64,000 nucleotides of DNA from Pontiella sp. Its GTDB lineage: Bacteria > Verrucomicrobiota > Kiritimatiellia > Kiritimatiellales > Pontiellaceae. Position numbers and translations under genes: made by a program. The notes beneath the pieces were generated by a model that was not told where the DNA came from, did not search any database, and was given only the letters and a program-made list of their open reading frames with translations. Shown piece by piece: positions 47,834 through 57,743 of this stretch (position 1 is its first letter; every line of letters starts with the position of its first letter). Where the stretch lies: positions 128,001 to 192,000 of the forward strand of contig JBNKHE010000006.1 in NCBI GenBank assembly GCA_050290185.1, read 5' to 3'.

Positions 47834-50800
47834 ATGAAGCGGGGAACCAAAATACTCTTATGGATCATCGCGGTGGCAATTCTTGCCATCGGCGCATTGT
47901 TGCCGTTTGTCATGACCGACCAATCCCTGTCGCGGAGAACGGAACATTCCCGGGAGTTTTCACCTCAAGAGCTTGCCCTGCTCGAAAAACTGTCCAGCCC
48001 CACCAATCAGATCCGCATCGGAAATATTCCCGATACGCCGCCGATTGATTTCGCCGACGGAAGATCCGAGCGCAAGGGGCTCACCTGGGACTATGTCCAA
48101 CTGCTCGAAAACAAACTGGGGCTTCAGTTTGTCCGGGTCGAATGCGACAACTGGGAAAAAGCGCTGCTCGAACATAAAGTCGATCTTGTCGGATCCATTC
48201 AAAAAACCCCGGAACGGGCGGCCAAGTACAACTTTTCCCAGCCGTACTGGACGATCAAAATGTTCATTCTGGCCCGCAAGGACAGCTCCCAGGCGCTCAC
48301 CCTCGACCACATGGCCGGCAAGAAAATCGCCGTGGTCAACGGTACGGCAATTCACAACGAACTGAAGAAAAAGCAGGCGGAAAATCCAAAGAAATACGGG
48401 TATGTGCTGGTCCCGGTGAGCAATGCACAAGCAGGCATGCGGCGGCTGGGTTCCGGCAAAGCCGATGCCATGGTGACCGATGGGGCGGTATCCCGATACT
48501 ATATGCCCTCGCTCGGTGTCGACCTCCGGGTGGCCGGAGAAGTCGACTATGCGTGGAACCTGAGTTTTGCATCCAGCACAAACAGCCCGCTGCCAACCGA
48601 GCTGCTGAATACGGCGCTGGGTATGATGACGGAGCAGGAAAGGCGTGCGATCGAAAAGCAGTGGCCAACCCTGCTGAGCACGGTCGAGGTGGAGAAAACC
48701 CTTCTGCTTAAAATCATCGGCGCCAGCCTGATCCTCACCCTGCTGGCTATCGGAGCCGTTGTGCTCTGGAACCGAACGCTACGGAAACAGATCACCAACC
48801 ATATGCGCGAACTGGGCCAGGTCCGCATGAGCCATGACCAGGCCACACGTGCCCTTGACGTAAGCGAGGAGCGGTTCCGGGTGCTGGTCGAATCTTCGAA
48901 TGATATCATTTGGGAGATGGACCTTTATGGCAGCTATACCTATATCAGCCCCCGCGTTCGCACCATTCTGGGCTATACCCCGGACGAGCTGATAGGCAGG
49001 AGCTCGGTATCGCTGATGATTCCAACCGACTCCGCAAGGAAAATGGAGCAGCTGCGCCAGCGCACGGTGAACAGCATCATCGATTGCGAAATCAACACCT
49101 ACCTGCACAAGGATGGACGCAAGGTCATCCTTGAATCCAGCGGCATGGCCTATGCCGACAACACGGGGGAGCTGGCCGGCTTCCGGGGGGTCTCCCGCGA
49201 CATCACCGAACGGATCACGAATGAAAACGCCTTGCGGCACAGCGAGGAACGGTTCCGGAATCTGGTTGAAACCACCACAGACTGGATCTGGGAAGTCAAT
49301 ACGGACGGGTTCTTTACCTATTTAAGTCCCCAGTCGTCCGAGTTGCTCGGGTATGAGCCGGACGAGCTCATGGAAAAACACTTCACGGCGCTCATGCCCG
49401 ATCATGAGGCCGACCGGCTAAAGCTTCTCTTCGAAAAAATCAGTGAATCCGGCAAGCCCATCCACTCCATGGTCAATACCAACCTCCACCGGGACTCCCG
49501 AGTGGTCGTGCTGGAAACCAGCGCCGTCCCTTTTTATGACAAGGAGTGGAACATCCAGGGCTATCGGGGCATCAGCCGCGATATCACCAAGCGCGTGGCC
49601 ACTGAAAAGCAGCTTGAATTTGAACGGAACCTGTTCCGTACCTTCATGGAGCATGCGCCCGACCTGATTTACTTCAAGGATGCGGAAGGGCGGTTTATCG
49701 AAGTCAATACCGCCAAGGCCGAAGAACTTCGACGGCCCGTCGAATCCATCATCGGCAAGACGGACTTCGATTTTTTCCCCCCCGAGCAGGCCCAGCAGAA
49801 ATTCGACGACGAAACCACCGTGATGCAAACGCGTCAACCGCTTCAGAAAGAGGAAATGGCCACAACACCGGACGGGGACCGCTGGTACCTGACCACCAAG
49901 GTTCCGCGCTACGACGAAGACGGCAACGTGGTCGGAACGTTCGGAACCTCGTGGAACATCACCTACCGCAAGCAGGCCGAAGAGCAACTGCGTCAACTGC
50001 GTGCGCTCCTGAGCAACACCATCGACTCCATGCCTTCGATCCTGGTCGGCGTCGATGCAACGGGCCGGGTAATCCAGTGGAACCGCAAGGCCGAATCCGC
50101 AACCGGTCTGCCGGCATCCACGGCGCTGGGACTCCACCTGCGCAATGCCTTCCCCAATCTGGCCAAGGAAATGGTCAAGGTGGAGCGGGCCATTCGCGAG
50201 CGCATACCCCAGCTCGATGAACGCATCCGTGTCGAAACGGATCAGCGTATCCGCTACCACGACATCACCGTTTTCCCGCTGGAAGGCGATACCGAGGGTG
50301 CGGTTATTCGCGTGGATGATGTTACCGAACGGGTGATCATCGAAGACAGCATCAGGAATATTGTCGAAGGGGTGGCCGTGGTCGGCCGACGCTTCTTCGG
50401 GTCCATGGTCGCCCAGTTGAGCAAGACCCTGGACGCCGACTTCACCTACATCAGCGAATTCGCAGATGACGGCCCAAACATGATGCGCACCATTGCGGTT
50501 TCCGATCATGGCGTGACTGGCCCGAACTTCGAGTATGACCTTACGGCGACCCCGTGCAGCCACGTACTGACTCAAAACCAGTGCACCTATGTGTCCAATG
50601 TACGCGAAGCGTACCCCGGGACCGAACTGCTGCAATCCAGGAACATCGAGAGTTATATCGGCATTCCGCTTGTCGATTCAGAAAACAAAGCGCTGGGCAT
50701 CATGGTGGCCATGTACCGCGAGCCGGTCGAGGACATCGAGTTCGCTTCCGCCATCATGCAGGTTTTTGCAGGCCGCACCGCCGCCGAACTGGAACGCCTG

Positions 50801-51994
50801 CAGGCAACCAAGGAACTGATCTCGCTGCAAAACCTCCTCGAAAACATCATCAACTCCATGCCATCCATCCTGATCGGGATCGATGCAGAAGGCCATGTGA
50901 TGCAGTGGAACCACGAAGCCGAACAGATCAGCGGAATCGAGGCGGTTCACGCCCATGGACAGCCCCTTGAGCGTGTCTTGCCGGATCTGGACATCGATCT
51001 GGACCGACTGATAAAAACCCTGCTTGAAAAAGGGCCCCAGCACCATGAACGCATCCCATGTACCATCCGGGGTGACGAGCGAATCGTTGATGTCACGGTC
51101 TATCCGATCACGACGGACGGCTCCGACGGCGCGGTGATCCGCCTGGACGATGTAACCGACCGGGTGCGCATTGAGGATATGATGGTGCAATCGGAAAAAA
51201 TGATGTCGGTTGGAGGGCTGGCGGCAGGCATGGCACATGAGATCAACAACCCGCTGGCGGGCATCCTGCAGAACATGCAGGTCATCCGGAACCGCGTGAT
51301 GCACAACTCCAAACGCAATATCGAAGCCGCGAGTGAAGCCGGGACCACCATGGAATCCATTCAGGCCTACATGGAAAAACGCGGATTGATCCAGATGTTC
51401 GACTCCACCGCCGAAGCCGGCCTGCGCGCCGCAAAGATTGTCGACAACATGCTCAGCTTCAGCCGCAAGGATGAATCCCATTTCGCACCGCATAATCTTG
51501 AGAACATCATCGAACGCAGTATTGAACTGGCCTCGAACGACTACAACCTGAAGAAACGCTTTGACTTCCGCCACATACAGATTGTCCGCGACATCGACCA
51601 GCTTGAGCCCATCCCCTGCGAGGCCAGCCAGATACAACAGGTACTACTGAACCTGCTGTCCAACAGTGCCCAGGCCATGGCCGAGCAGGAAGAAAGAAAA
51701 ACCGGGCCGAAAATCACCATCCGGCTCAAAAGCGAACCGGACATGGCGCTGATCGAGATAGAGGACAATGGCCCCGGCATGGATGCGGAAACCCGCAAAC
51801 GCGCCTTCGAACCCTTTTTCACCACCAAGGAGGTAGGTCATGGAACAGGCCTGGGGCTCTCCGTCTCCTTCTTCATAGTCACCGAAAACCACGGGGGCAC
51901 GATGCATCTGGATTCCGCTCCCGGACGCGGCACACGCTTCAGCATCCGCATCCCCTACGAACACCGGACCGCCCGCTGGGGCCTGCGCCTGTAA
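47834..51994 (+). CDS. Sensor histidine kinase: periplasmic solute-binding (family 3) domain, 5 PAS, GAF, HisKA, HATPase
   Basis: TPERAAKYNFSQPY SBP motif between TMs; repeated PAS; AGMAHEINNPL; QVLLNLLSN, DNGPG, FEPFFTTK, GTGLGL. Confidence 0.93.
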   Translation: MKRGTKILLWIIAVAILAIGALLPFVMTDQSLSRRTEHSREFSPQELALLEKLSSPTNQIRIGNIPDTPPIDFADGRSERKGLTWDYVQLLENKLGLQFVRVECDNWEKALLEHKVDLVGSIQKTPERAAKYNFSQPYWTIKMFILARKDSSQALTLDHMAGKKIAVVNGTAIHNELKKKQAENPKKYGYVLVPVSNAQAGMRRLGSGKADAMVTDGAVSRYYMPSLGVDLRVAGEVDYAWNLSFASSTNSPLPTELLNTALGMMTEQERRAIEKQWPTLLSTVEVEKTLLLKIIGASLILTLLAIGAVVLWNRTLRKQITNHMRELGQVRMSHDQATRALDVSEERFRVLVESSNDIIWEMDLYGSYTYISPRVRTILGYTPDELIGRSSVSLMIPTDSARKMEQLRQRTVNSIIDCEINTYLHKDGRKVILESSGMAYADNTGELAGFRGVSRDITERITNENALRHSEERFRNLVETTTDWIWEVNTDGFFTYLSPQSSELLGYEPDELMEKHFTALMPDHEADRLKLLFEKISESGKPIHSMVNTNLHRDSRVVVLETSAVPFYDKEWNIQGYRGISRDITKRVATEKQLEFERNLFRTFMEHAPDLIYFKDAEGRFIEVNTAKAEELRRPVESIIGKTDFDFFPPEQAQQKFDDETTVMQTRQPLQKEEMATTPDGDRWYLTTKVPRYDEDGNVVGTFGTSWNITYRKQAEEQLRQLRALLSNTIDSMPSILVGVDATGRVIQWNRKAESATGLPASTALGLHLRNAFPNLAKEMVKVERAIRERIPQLDERIRVETDQRIRYHDITVFPLEGDTEGAVIRVDDVTERVIIEDSIRNIVEGVAVVGRRFFGSMVAQLSKTLDADFTYISEFADDGPNMMRTIAVSDHGVTGPNFEYDLTATPCSHVLTQNQCTYVSNVREAYPGTELLQSRNIESYIGIPLVDSENKALGIMVAMYREPVEDIEFASAIMQVFAGRTAAELERLQATKELISLQNLLENIINSMPSILIGIDAEGHVMQWNHEAEQISGIEAVHAHGQPLERVLPDLDIDLDRLIKTLLEKGPQHHERIPCTIRGDERIVDVTVYPITTDGSDGAVIRLDDVTDRVRIEDMMVQSEKMMSVGGLAAGMAHEINNPLAGILQNMQVIRNRVMHNSKRNIEAASEAGTTMESIQAYMEKRGLIQMFDSTAEAGLRAAKIVDNMLSFSRKDESHFAPHNLENIIERSIELASNDYNLKKRFDFRHIQIVRDIDQLEPIPCEASQIQQVLLNLLSNSAQAMAEQEERKTGPKITIRLKSEPDMALIEIEDNGPGMDAETRKRAFEPFFTTKEVGHGTGLGLSVSFFIVTENHGGTMHLDSAPGRGTRFSIRIPYEHRTARWGLRL

Positions 51995-52079
51995 AGCCCT
52001 CCGGACCATCCACTGTATGATCCAAGCCCAACGGGTTTTAGATTTCCGGCCGGTCTTCAGAGCATATCGTATTCCACTC

Positions 52080-54815
52080 CTACGGCGAAGGTGTGCTGAA
52101 CACCCGGTAGAACGACTGGGAATTTTGCAGGCCATCGGGATCGGGAAATGCGATCAGGCTGTTCATGCCGCCCACCGTCGGACCAACACTGCTCCATCCG
52201 TTGGTGTCGCTCAGATCCATTGACGCCTGCATCTGGTAGTTGGTTCCCGTCTGTCCAAATGCACTGATAACGGTATCACCGCCAAGGAAGGTCATGGCGA
52301 TGCTGGAGATATACGCCGGTTCGGGAACATCCACTGCAAACTCATAGACGTGCAGCGGCGTGGGAATGCCATTCCCGGAAACATAGGTGTCATGCTCCTG
52401 AATGTAGACGGCGAGGATGTTGTCGGACAGCAGGCGCGGCTGGTCCAGCAACGGCTCCCCGTCGAAATCATGGTCGTCAATGACCTGCAACACTTCCCAG
52501 TCGGTATATTGGGACGCCTTTGAGGCGCTGGCAATCACCAGCGTTCCGGTAAAGGTGTTGTTAAGTCGAGCTCCGGGTATATCAAACTTGCCTACCGGCC
52601 AGTAAAGGAATGCCGCATAAACGTTGCCTTGGGCGTCATAGCCCATGCAGGGGCGGGACCCGACTTCATAGTCGCCATCCGGCGGTGGAATGCGCCGCTG
52701 CGTCCATTTACCGATGTCCGGATCCCGGAAGTAGTGGTAGTAGGCCGTGAATTTGTTGGAAAACTTTGCCGAGAAGAGCGCGGGGCCGTAGCCAGATTCC
52801 TGCCGGCGATGCAGCATAAGGGCATGCACCCGTCCATCGTTGTCCACGCACTGCGCCTGCTGGTTGATCAGCAGCTGCCGCATATTGAGAGGCACGACAG
52901 TGATGCCCGGCGAGTTCATCGTAATCTTCTGGCCAATACTCGTGTCGGCGATCTTCGTACCCGCATTGTTGTACCAGTTCGTCCCCAGATCCGGGCTGTA
53001 GGCGTAGCAGATATCACGATTCCCGTATTGGCTGGCCGATTCGCGCCAGGTCCATGTGACGTGGATCGTTCCATTGGAATCAAAGTCGAACCCGTTTAGA
53101 TACGCGCAGCGTTCATAAGCGGTGACCGTGTTGCCGTATGCATCGGTCCCCACGTAGGTGCCCGCCCGGTCGATGAACTCGACCTGCGGAAGCCAGTTCG
53201 TGGTCGCGGGATTGTACACATTGAGGTACTGGTCGCCGTTGCCGGATGTTACGTAGCGGCGATCCATGACCAGTCCGCCTGAAGGGGTCGTAATAAACTG
53301 CGGATAGGTCACATCACCTAATTGCGTGGAATCAACCCCCGGTGCCGTCAGCCAGTTTTGTTCGGCGTTCAGCATCCCGGGTTGTCCCCATGCATCCTTT
53401 TTGGTGGTGCACAGGCCGGCAACCGAGCGACGATAACGCAGCGCATTGTCGTGATGATCCCATGCCACGTGCAGCGTTCCATCCTGCGGGCAGATGCCGA
53501 AGGCAATCACATTATGGGCATCCCATGCGTTTTCATCGCCATTAATGAATTCGGAGTCGGTCTGAATAATCTCCCAATCGCCCACGGCGGTTTCATTGAC
53601 GGTTCTTCGTGCCAGGCAGACCTTCTGGACGGAACCGACGGTGTCATAGTAGGCCGTGTACTGGTAGCCATCGAAGGTGTAGAGAATCGAATCCTGGAAG
53701 GATACACCGTTAATAGCGTGGCCGTAGTTCCCCCCGCCCATCAGGCAGGCATTATTGGTGACGACCGAATCGCGCATGTAGGCCACACTGGGGGAAACCC
53801 ACGATGGGTGCTCCGAAGTGAGCAACGGATCAGTACCGCCTATGCGTTCGGCCTGGTTGTTATACCCGTCAAAATCCGGGTCATCATAGGAAGTATAGGT
53901 CAGGTTGGTGAAGTTTCCGAACTCCCAAAGATCCGGCAGGTAGTCGCCATCGGAATCCAAGCTACTGTCGTTCTGAACCGTCGGATCGAGTCCCAGCTCA
54001 TATTCCTGTTGGTTGGTGTAGCCGTCGTCGTCGTAGTCGTCGCCGGGCAGGACATCGTAGATATCCACGATCGCATCGCCGGGATTGTCGTCAGTGATCT
54101 GCTGTTCCCAGTCGTCGGGCAGACCATCGCCATCATCGTCGATGACCGTTGCATTCTGCAGGGTCAGGTTGTCCGCACTGCCGAGGATCCCGGTTGCGCG
54201 CACGTCGGCGTAGAATCCTACCACGTCGCCATCGTTCGGGGTCGAAGGCGTACGGGTGACGATTACCGTGCGATTCGTTCCATCGTAATACCCCGCTTCA
54301 TAGGTGTTTGCCGCCACTCGTTTAATAAACAGCTTGTCGTAGGCAGGGGCGCCTCCTCCGGCAAGGGCATATTCGGCCGTTCCGTCAAGACCCCGGGAAT
54401 ACAATTGCCCATTCCCACGGGCATAAACGGCAATATAGTCCTCCCGCACATCGGTTGCGGGCGTGGTTCCCCCCACGTAGAGCCCCAGATCCTGGCTTCC
54501 GGACACACTGAAATCCGCCTGTATTTCGTCATCCACCGCCAGGCTGAGACCGTCGCGAATGAAGGCATACTGTTCCGCGCCACTGACCGCCGTGCTTGTA
54601 TTGAGTACCAGCGCACCGCCGGAAATCTGCCAGGATGCGGTGTTATGCGATCCCCCATCGGTGTCCAGAATCCGCGTATGCGTATACGCGCTCAAATCTC
54701 CGCTGAAGCCATCGAGAAGCACGGTGGCCGCGAAAACGCTTCGAACCGACGCTATCGCGAAAACGAATGCGGCCGTGGCCCAGGGTGATTTGGTCATGGA
54801 TCTACTTCTTTTCAT
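52080..54815 (-). CDS. Secreted BNR_4-repeat beta-propeller protein with N-terminal unknown domain, DxDGDG repeats and C-terminal FYRV-type domain
   Basis: DAHNVIAFGICPQDGTLHVAWDHH, VTYPQF, HVTWTWRE...NRDICYAYSPDLG..W, LINQQAQ; DDDGDGLPDDWE repeats. Confidence 0.8.
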   Translation of the reverse strand: MKRSRSMTKSPWATAAFVFAIASVRSVFAATVLLDGFSGDLSAYTHTRILDTDGGSHNTASWQISGGALVLNTSTAVSGAEQYAFIRDGLSLAVDDEIQADFSVSGSQDLGLYVGGTTPATDVREDYIAVYARGNGQLYSRGLDGTAEYALAGGGAPAYDKLFIKRVAANTYEAGYYDGTNRTVIVTRTPSTPNDGDVVGFYADVRATGILGSADNLTLQNATVIDDDGDGLPDDWEQQITDDNPGDAIVDIYDVLPGDDYDDDGYTNQQEYELGLDPTVQNDSSLDSDGDYLPDLWEFGNFTNLTYTSYDDPDFDGYNNQAERIGGTDPLLTSEHPSWVSPSVAYMRDSVVTNNACLMGGGNYGHAINGVSFQDSILYTFDGYQYTAYYDTVGSVQKVCLARRTVNETAVGDWEIIQTDSEFINGDENAWDAHNVIAFGICPQDGTLHVAWDHHDNALRYRRSVAGLCTTKKDAWGQPGMLNAEQNWLTAPGVDSTQLGDVTYPQFITTPSGGLVMDRRYVTSGNGDQYLNVYNPATTNWLPQVEFIDRAGTYVGTDAYGNTVTAYERCAYLNGFDFDSNGTIHVTWTWRESASQYGNRDICYAYSPDLGTNWYNNAGTKIADTSIGQKITMNSPGITVVPLNMRQLLINQQAQCVDNDGRVHALMLHRRQESGYGPALFSAKFSNKFTAYYHYFRDPDIGKWTQRRIPPPDGDYEVGSRPCMGYDAQGNVYAAFLYWPVGKFDIPGARLNNTFTGTLVIASASKASQYTDWEVLQVIDDHDFDGEPLLDQPRLLSDNILAVYIQEHDTYVSGNGIPTPLHVYEFAVDVPEPAYISSIAMTFLGGDTVISAFGQTGTNYQMQASMDLSDTNGWSSVGPTVGGMNSLIAFPDPDGLQNSQSFYRVFSTPSP

Positions 54816-54873
54816 GTAATCTGTTCTCCGTATGGATATTAACGGCTTATCTATTATAACGTTTCAAACAATT

Positions 54874-54950
54874 CCGTAGCCACCGATGAACACCGGTTTG
54901 CACGGATGACTTTTTTATCGGTGTTCCACCGTATTGATCCGTGGCTGCGG
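54874..54950. repeat. 9-nt-period palindromic intergenic element
   Basis: CCGTAGCCACCGATGAACACCG...CACGGAT pairs imperfectly with ATCGGTGTTC...ATCCGTGGCTGCGG. Confidence 0.55.
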
Positions 54951-55034
54951 TTTTAATTCATTGGCTCTAGACCGCAGCACAGGCGTTGCAGATCAAACAC
55001 ATTTGCACCCAACCCGGCCATCGATAAATAAGAG

Positions 55035-55072
55035 GCGGCCTTGAACGGCACCACCGGTGCCATCAAGGCCGC
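55035..55072 (-). terminator. Strong stem-loop after the LamG protein gene
   Basis: GCGGCCTTGA..GGCACC-ACC-GGTGCC.TCAAGGCCGC; weak U tract. Confidence 0.5.
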
Positions 55073-55122
55073 GTGGGCCCATCTTGATACGCCCCCGTCC
55101 GGGAGTGCATGCAACCCTGCTT

Positions 55123-57675
55123 CTATTCTCCCTGGATCTTGAAGAATTCTGCGGCATCGCCGCTGACGGCCACGGAATCTGAAGTGGTACCGTCGCCGGC
55201 GGAATCAATGCCCGTTTTCACCGGTAGCCAGGTGGCTCCCGTAAGCGTCGACTTGTGCAAAATGCTGTAGGTTACCCCCGATTGCGATGCCCACGTCAGG
55301 GTGGCGTTGCCCCCGGATACCACGATCGAGGTAATGTTGTACGGATCAATCACGATCGTGTCGCTGAACACGAACTCGTTGGCCGCGCGTGCCACCCTGC
55401 TGATGCGCACTTCGTCGATGGCCCCAACGAATTCCTCGGAGTCGTATCCGTTGCCGGGATAGTTGCGCAGTTCGTTGCCGACACCGAATTCCCCCAGCGC
55501 CGCAGGGTTTACCAGATCAACGGTCTGGGTGAAATTGGTCAGCACGTTGGCCTCCGTGGCCCCGCTATCGAGCCGGGTCCAGTAGAAGGTTACATTGTTG
55601 CTCGCCGACTCATTGCCGTTGTACGCTATAGCGACATGGTACCATTCATCGGCCATGATCGCATGCGGACCGCTCAGCGGCAGCGACGCGTCCATGGTTG
55701 TCGCAGCGGTACCAACAGGATCGAAGCGCAGCGTGCTTCCATCGGATTCGATCCGGAACTGGAACGGCCGGCCTTCCACACCGCCGTTTCCTTCCGCCGT
55801 GATGATGTGCATGGCATGTGATGCCGCGCCAGGAATCCAGGCGGGCTGGATAACCGCTTCAAAGGTAAAGGCTCCCGAGGCGGCATCCACGAAGTTGCTC
55901 ATCGCGATGGCCGTATCGAACTCCGCGGCCAGCCGGTTGCCCGGATGGATGGCGTCGTCAAATCCAACCGCCGCTCCAAAGCCGGTGAAGGCATTCATAC
56001 CGAAGACCGGATTATCGTATCCCGTCAGGTTGATCGGGCTGGTCGGCACGTCGTCGTAGGCAACACTCTTCCATACTGCAGGCACCGGGTCGTGCGTGTC
56101 GTCGAAGTGGAACAGCAGCAAGGTATCGACGGTTACCGCATACGGCGATCCGGTCAGGTGGAATCCACTTGGGGCGATGGCGGAGTCGCTGACCCGGACT
56201 TCGTCGATCAGCCCCACAAAGTTTTCGGACGAGATTCCACGGCTCTCGTTGCCGATGCTGTATTCGCCGGTCAGATCAGCGGCAACATTGGCGATGTCGT
56301 TGGTCATGTGGAACGATCCAATCAGGTTGGCGGCCGTATTGGTTCCGTTGAGCTTGGTCCAGTACACGTTCAGATTGTTGTCGGTATCTTCCGAACCGTT
56401 GTAGCTTACGGCAACGTGATACCAGTTGCTTTGCGCCGCCGCATGGTCGCCGGCCATCGGCAATGGAGCCGTAAAGGATTCCGTGAACTTTTCGGGCGAG
56501 ATGACCGTTCCCGTCTGCGCAAATTTGGCGATGTTGGTCACGGTTCCCAAAACACCGGTGCTGCGGACATCGGCATACACACCCACCACATCGCCGGCGT
56601 TCGGGGTGGTTGGGGAGCGCGTTGCAACGACGTGAATTTGGCCGACATCGTCGAACCAACCGGTTTCATAGGTATTGGTCGCCGTGCGTGCTATGTAGAC
56701 GCCTTGGATCGGGCCGCCGGCCACTCCCCCTCCGGAAAGGGCGTATTCGCCCGTCCCATCAAACCCCCTGGAATAGACCGTGCTTTGATCGCGGGCATAG
56801 ACAGCAACATAATCCTGCCGGGTGCCGGCCACCGGCGTGGTGCCGCCGACATAGAGCCCGATATCCTGGGAGGCGCCCGTGTGGTCGATATAGGCGCGGA
56901 TTTGTTCGCCCACGGCCAGGCTGACTCCGGACTTGACCATGACATACTGCTCGATGCCGTCATACGCCGAGGTGTCCAGCTGAAGCCCGCCGCCCTGGAT
57001 CTGCCATATCGCCGTATTGGCTGAGCCGCCGTTGGCGTCGAGTATAACCGTACTGGTCCAAGTGGACAGGTCGCCGGTAAAGTCGTCGACAACCTCCGAT
57101 ATGGACCAGACGTTGGAGCCCACCGCCGGGGTGTAGGAACCGATATTGGAAAATTCAACCGACCATTGCCCGTTGGAGGCCGGCGGCTTCAGCCGGAACT
57201 GGAAAAAGCGATTGGTGGATGCGCCGTCTTCGGAATCGAAGGTCATTATTTCCATGGGCGCGGAGCGGCCGGCAAGGCTGGTCGACGGATCAAAGATCGG
57301 GTAGACCAGCGCCTCATAGGTGAAGGCCCCCGATGCCCCGGTCAACTGGTTGTCGAGCGAGTAGGAGCCGCTGTCGTTATAGGCAATGGCATCCAGCCCG
57401 GCCTGCGTATTCAAAGCCCCGCCCAGCGACACATTATATGCCGGAGCCATCAACGATGCGCCATTGGTTACGTTCAGGTTGAGCGCGCCGACACTAACGC
57501 TTTCCGTCGCCTCAATCACCGGCAGCACGCCGGGAGCTGCTTCATCCAAATGCCACAGGTGCAAGGTGTCCGCATCCGGGGCATAGGGGCTGACCGCCAT
57601 TACCGCAGGTGCCGTGCATACAAAGGCTGCCAGACCCATTGCACACAAGCGATTGAAACCGTGGTTCGTGATCAT
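55123..57675 (-). CDS. Secreted protein with two LamG-like jellyroll domains, the first interrupted by the shared unknown domain
   Basis: Signal peptide; TLHLWHLDE/TLLLFHFDD, FT[YF]EA, WYHVA, FVG.IDEVR[VI]S twice; C-terminal TLTW...FFKIQ. Confidence 0.82.
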   Translation of the reverse strand: MITNHGFNRLCAMGLAAFVCTAPAVMAVSPYAPDADTLHLWHLDEAAPGVLPVIEATESVSVGALNLNVTNGASLMAPAYNVSLGGALNTQAGLDAIAYNDSGSYSLDNQLTGASGAFTYEALVYPIFDPSTSLAGRSAPMEIMTFDSEDGASTNRFFQFRLKPPASNGQWSVEFSNIGSYTPAVGSNVWSISEVVDDFTGDLSTWTSTVILDANGGSANTAIWQIQGGGLQLDTSAYDGIEQYVMVKSGVSLAVGEQIRAYIDHTGASQDIGLYVGGTTPVAGTRQDYVAVYARDQSTVYSRGFDGTGEYALSGGGVAGGPIQGVYIARTATNTYETGWFDDVGQIHVVATRSPTTPNAGDVVGVYADVRSTGVLGTVTNIAKFAQTGTVISPEKFTESFTAPLPMAGDHAAAQSNWYHVAVSYNGSEDTDNNLNVYWTKLNGTNTAANLIGSFHMTNDIANVAADLTGEYSIGNESRGISSENFVGLIDEVRVSDSAIAPSGFHLTGSPYAVTVDTLLLFHFDDTHDPVPAVWKSVAYDDVPTSPINLTGYDNPVFGMNAFTGFGAAVGFDDAIHPGNRLAAEFDTAIAMSNFVDAASGAFTFEAVIQPAWIPGAASHAMHIITAEGNGGVEGRPFQFRIESDGSTLRFDPVGTAATTMDASLPLSGPHAIMADEWYHVAIAYNGNESASNNVTFYWTRLDSGATEANVLTNFTQTVDLVNPAALGEFGVGNELRNYPGNGYDSEEFVGAIDEVRISRVARAANEFVFSDTIVIDPYNITSIVVSGGNATLTWASQSGVTYSILHKSTLTGATWLPVKTGIDSAGDGTTSDSVAVSGDAAEFFKIQGE

Positions 57676-57699
57676 TGATTCCCTCCTCTTTATCAAAAT

Positions 57700-57727
57700 G
57701 ACAGGACCGCGCGTGCGCGGTCCTGTC
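57700..57727 (-). terminator. Perfect GC-rich hairpin after the PEP-CTERM gene (partial terminator or mRNA stabiliser)
   Basis: GACAGGACCGCGC-GT-GCGCGGTCCTGTC; followed on the minus strand by ATTTT. Confidence 0.55.
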
Positions 57728-57743
57728 GCCCATACCATACAAC

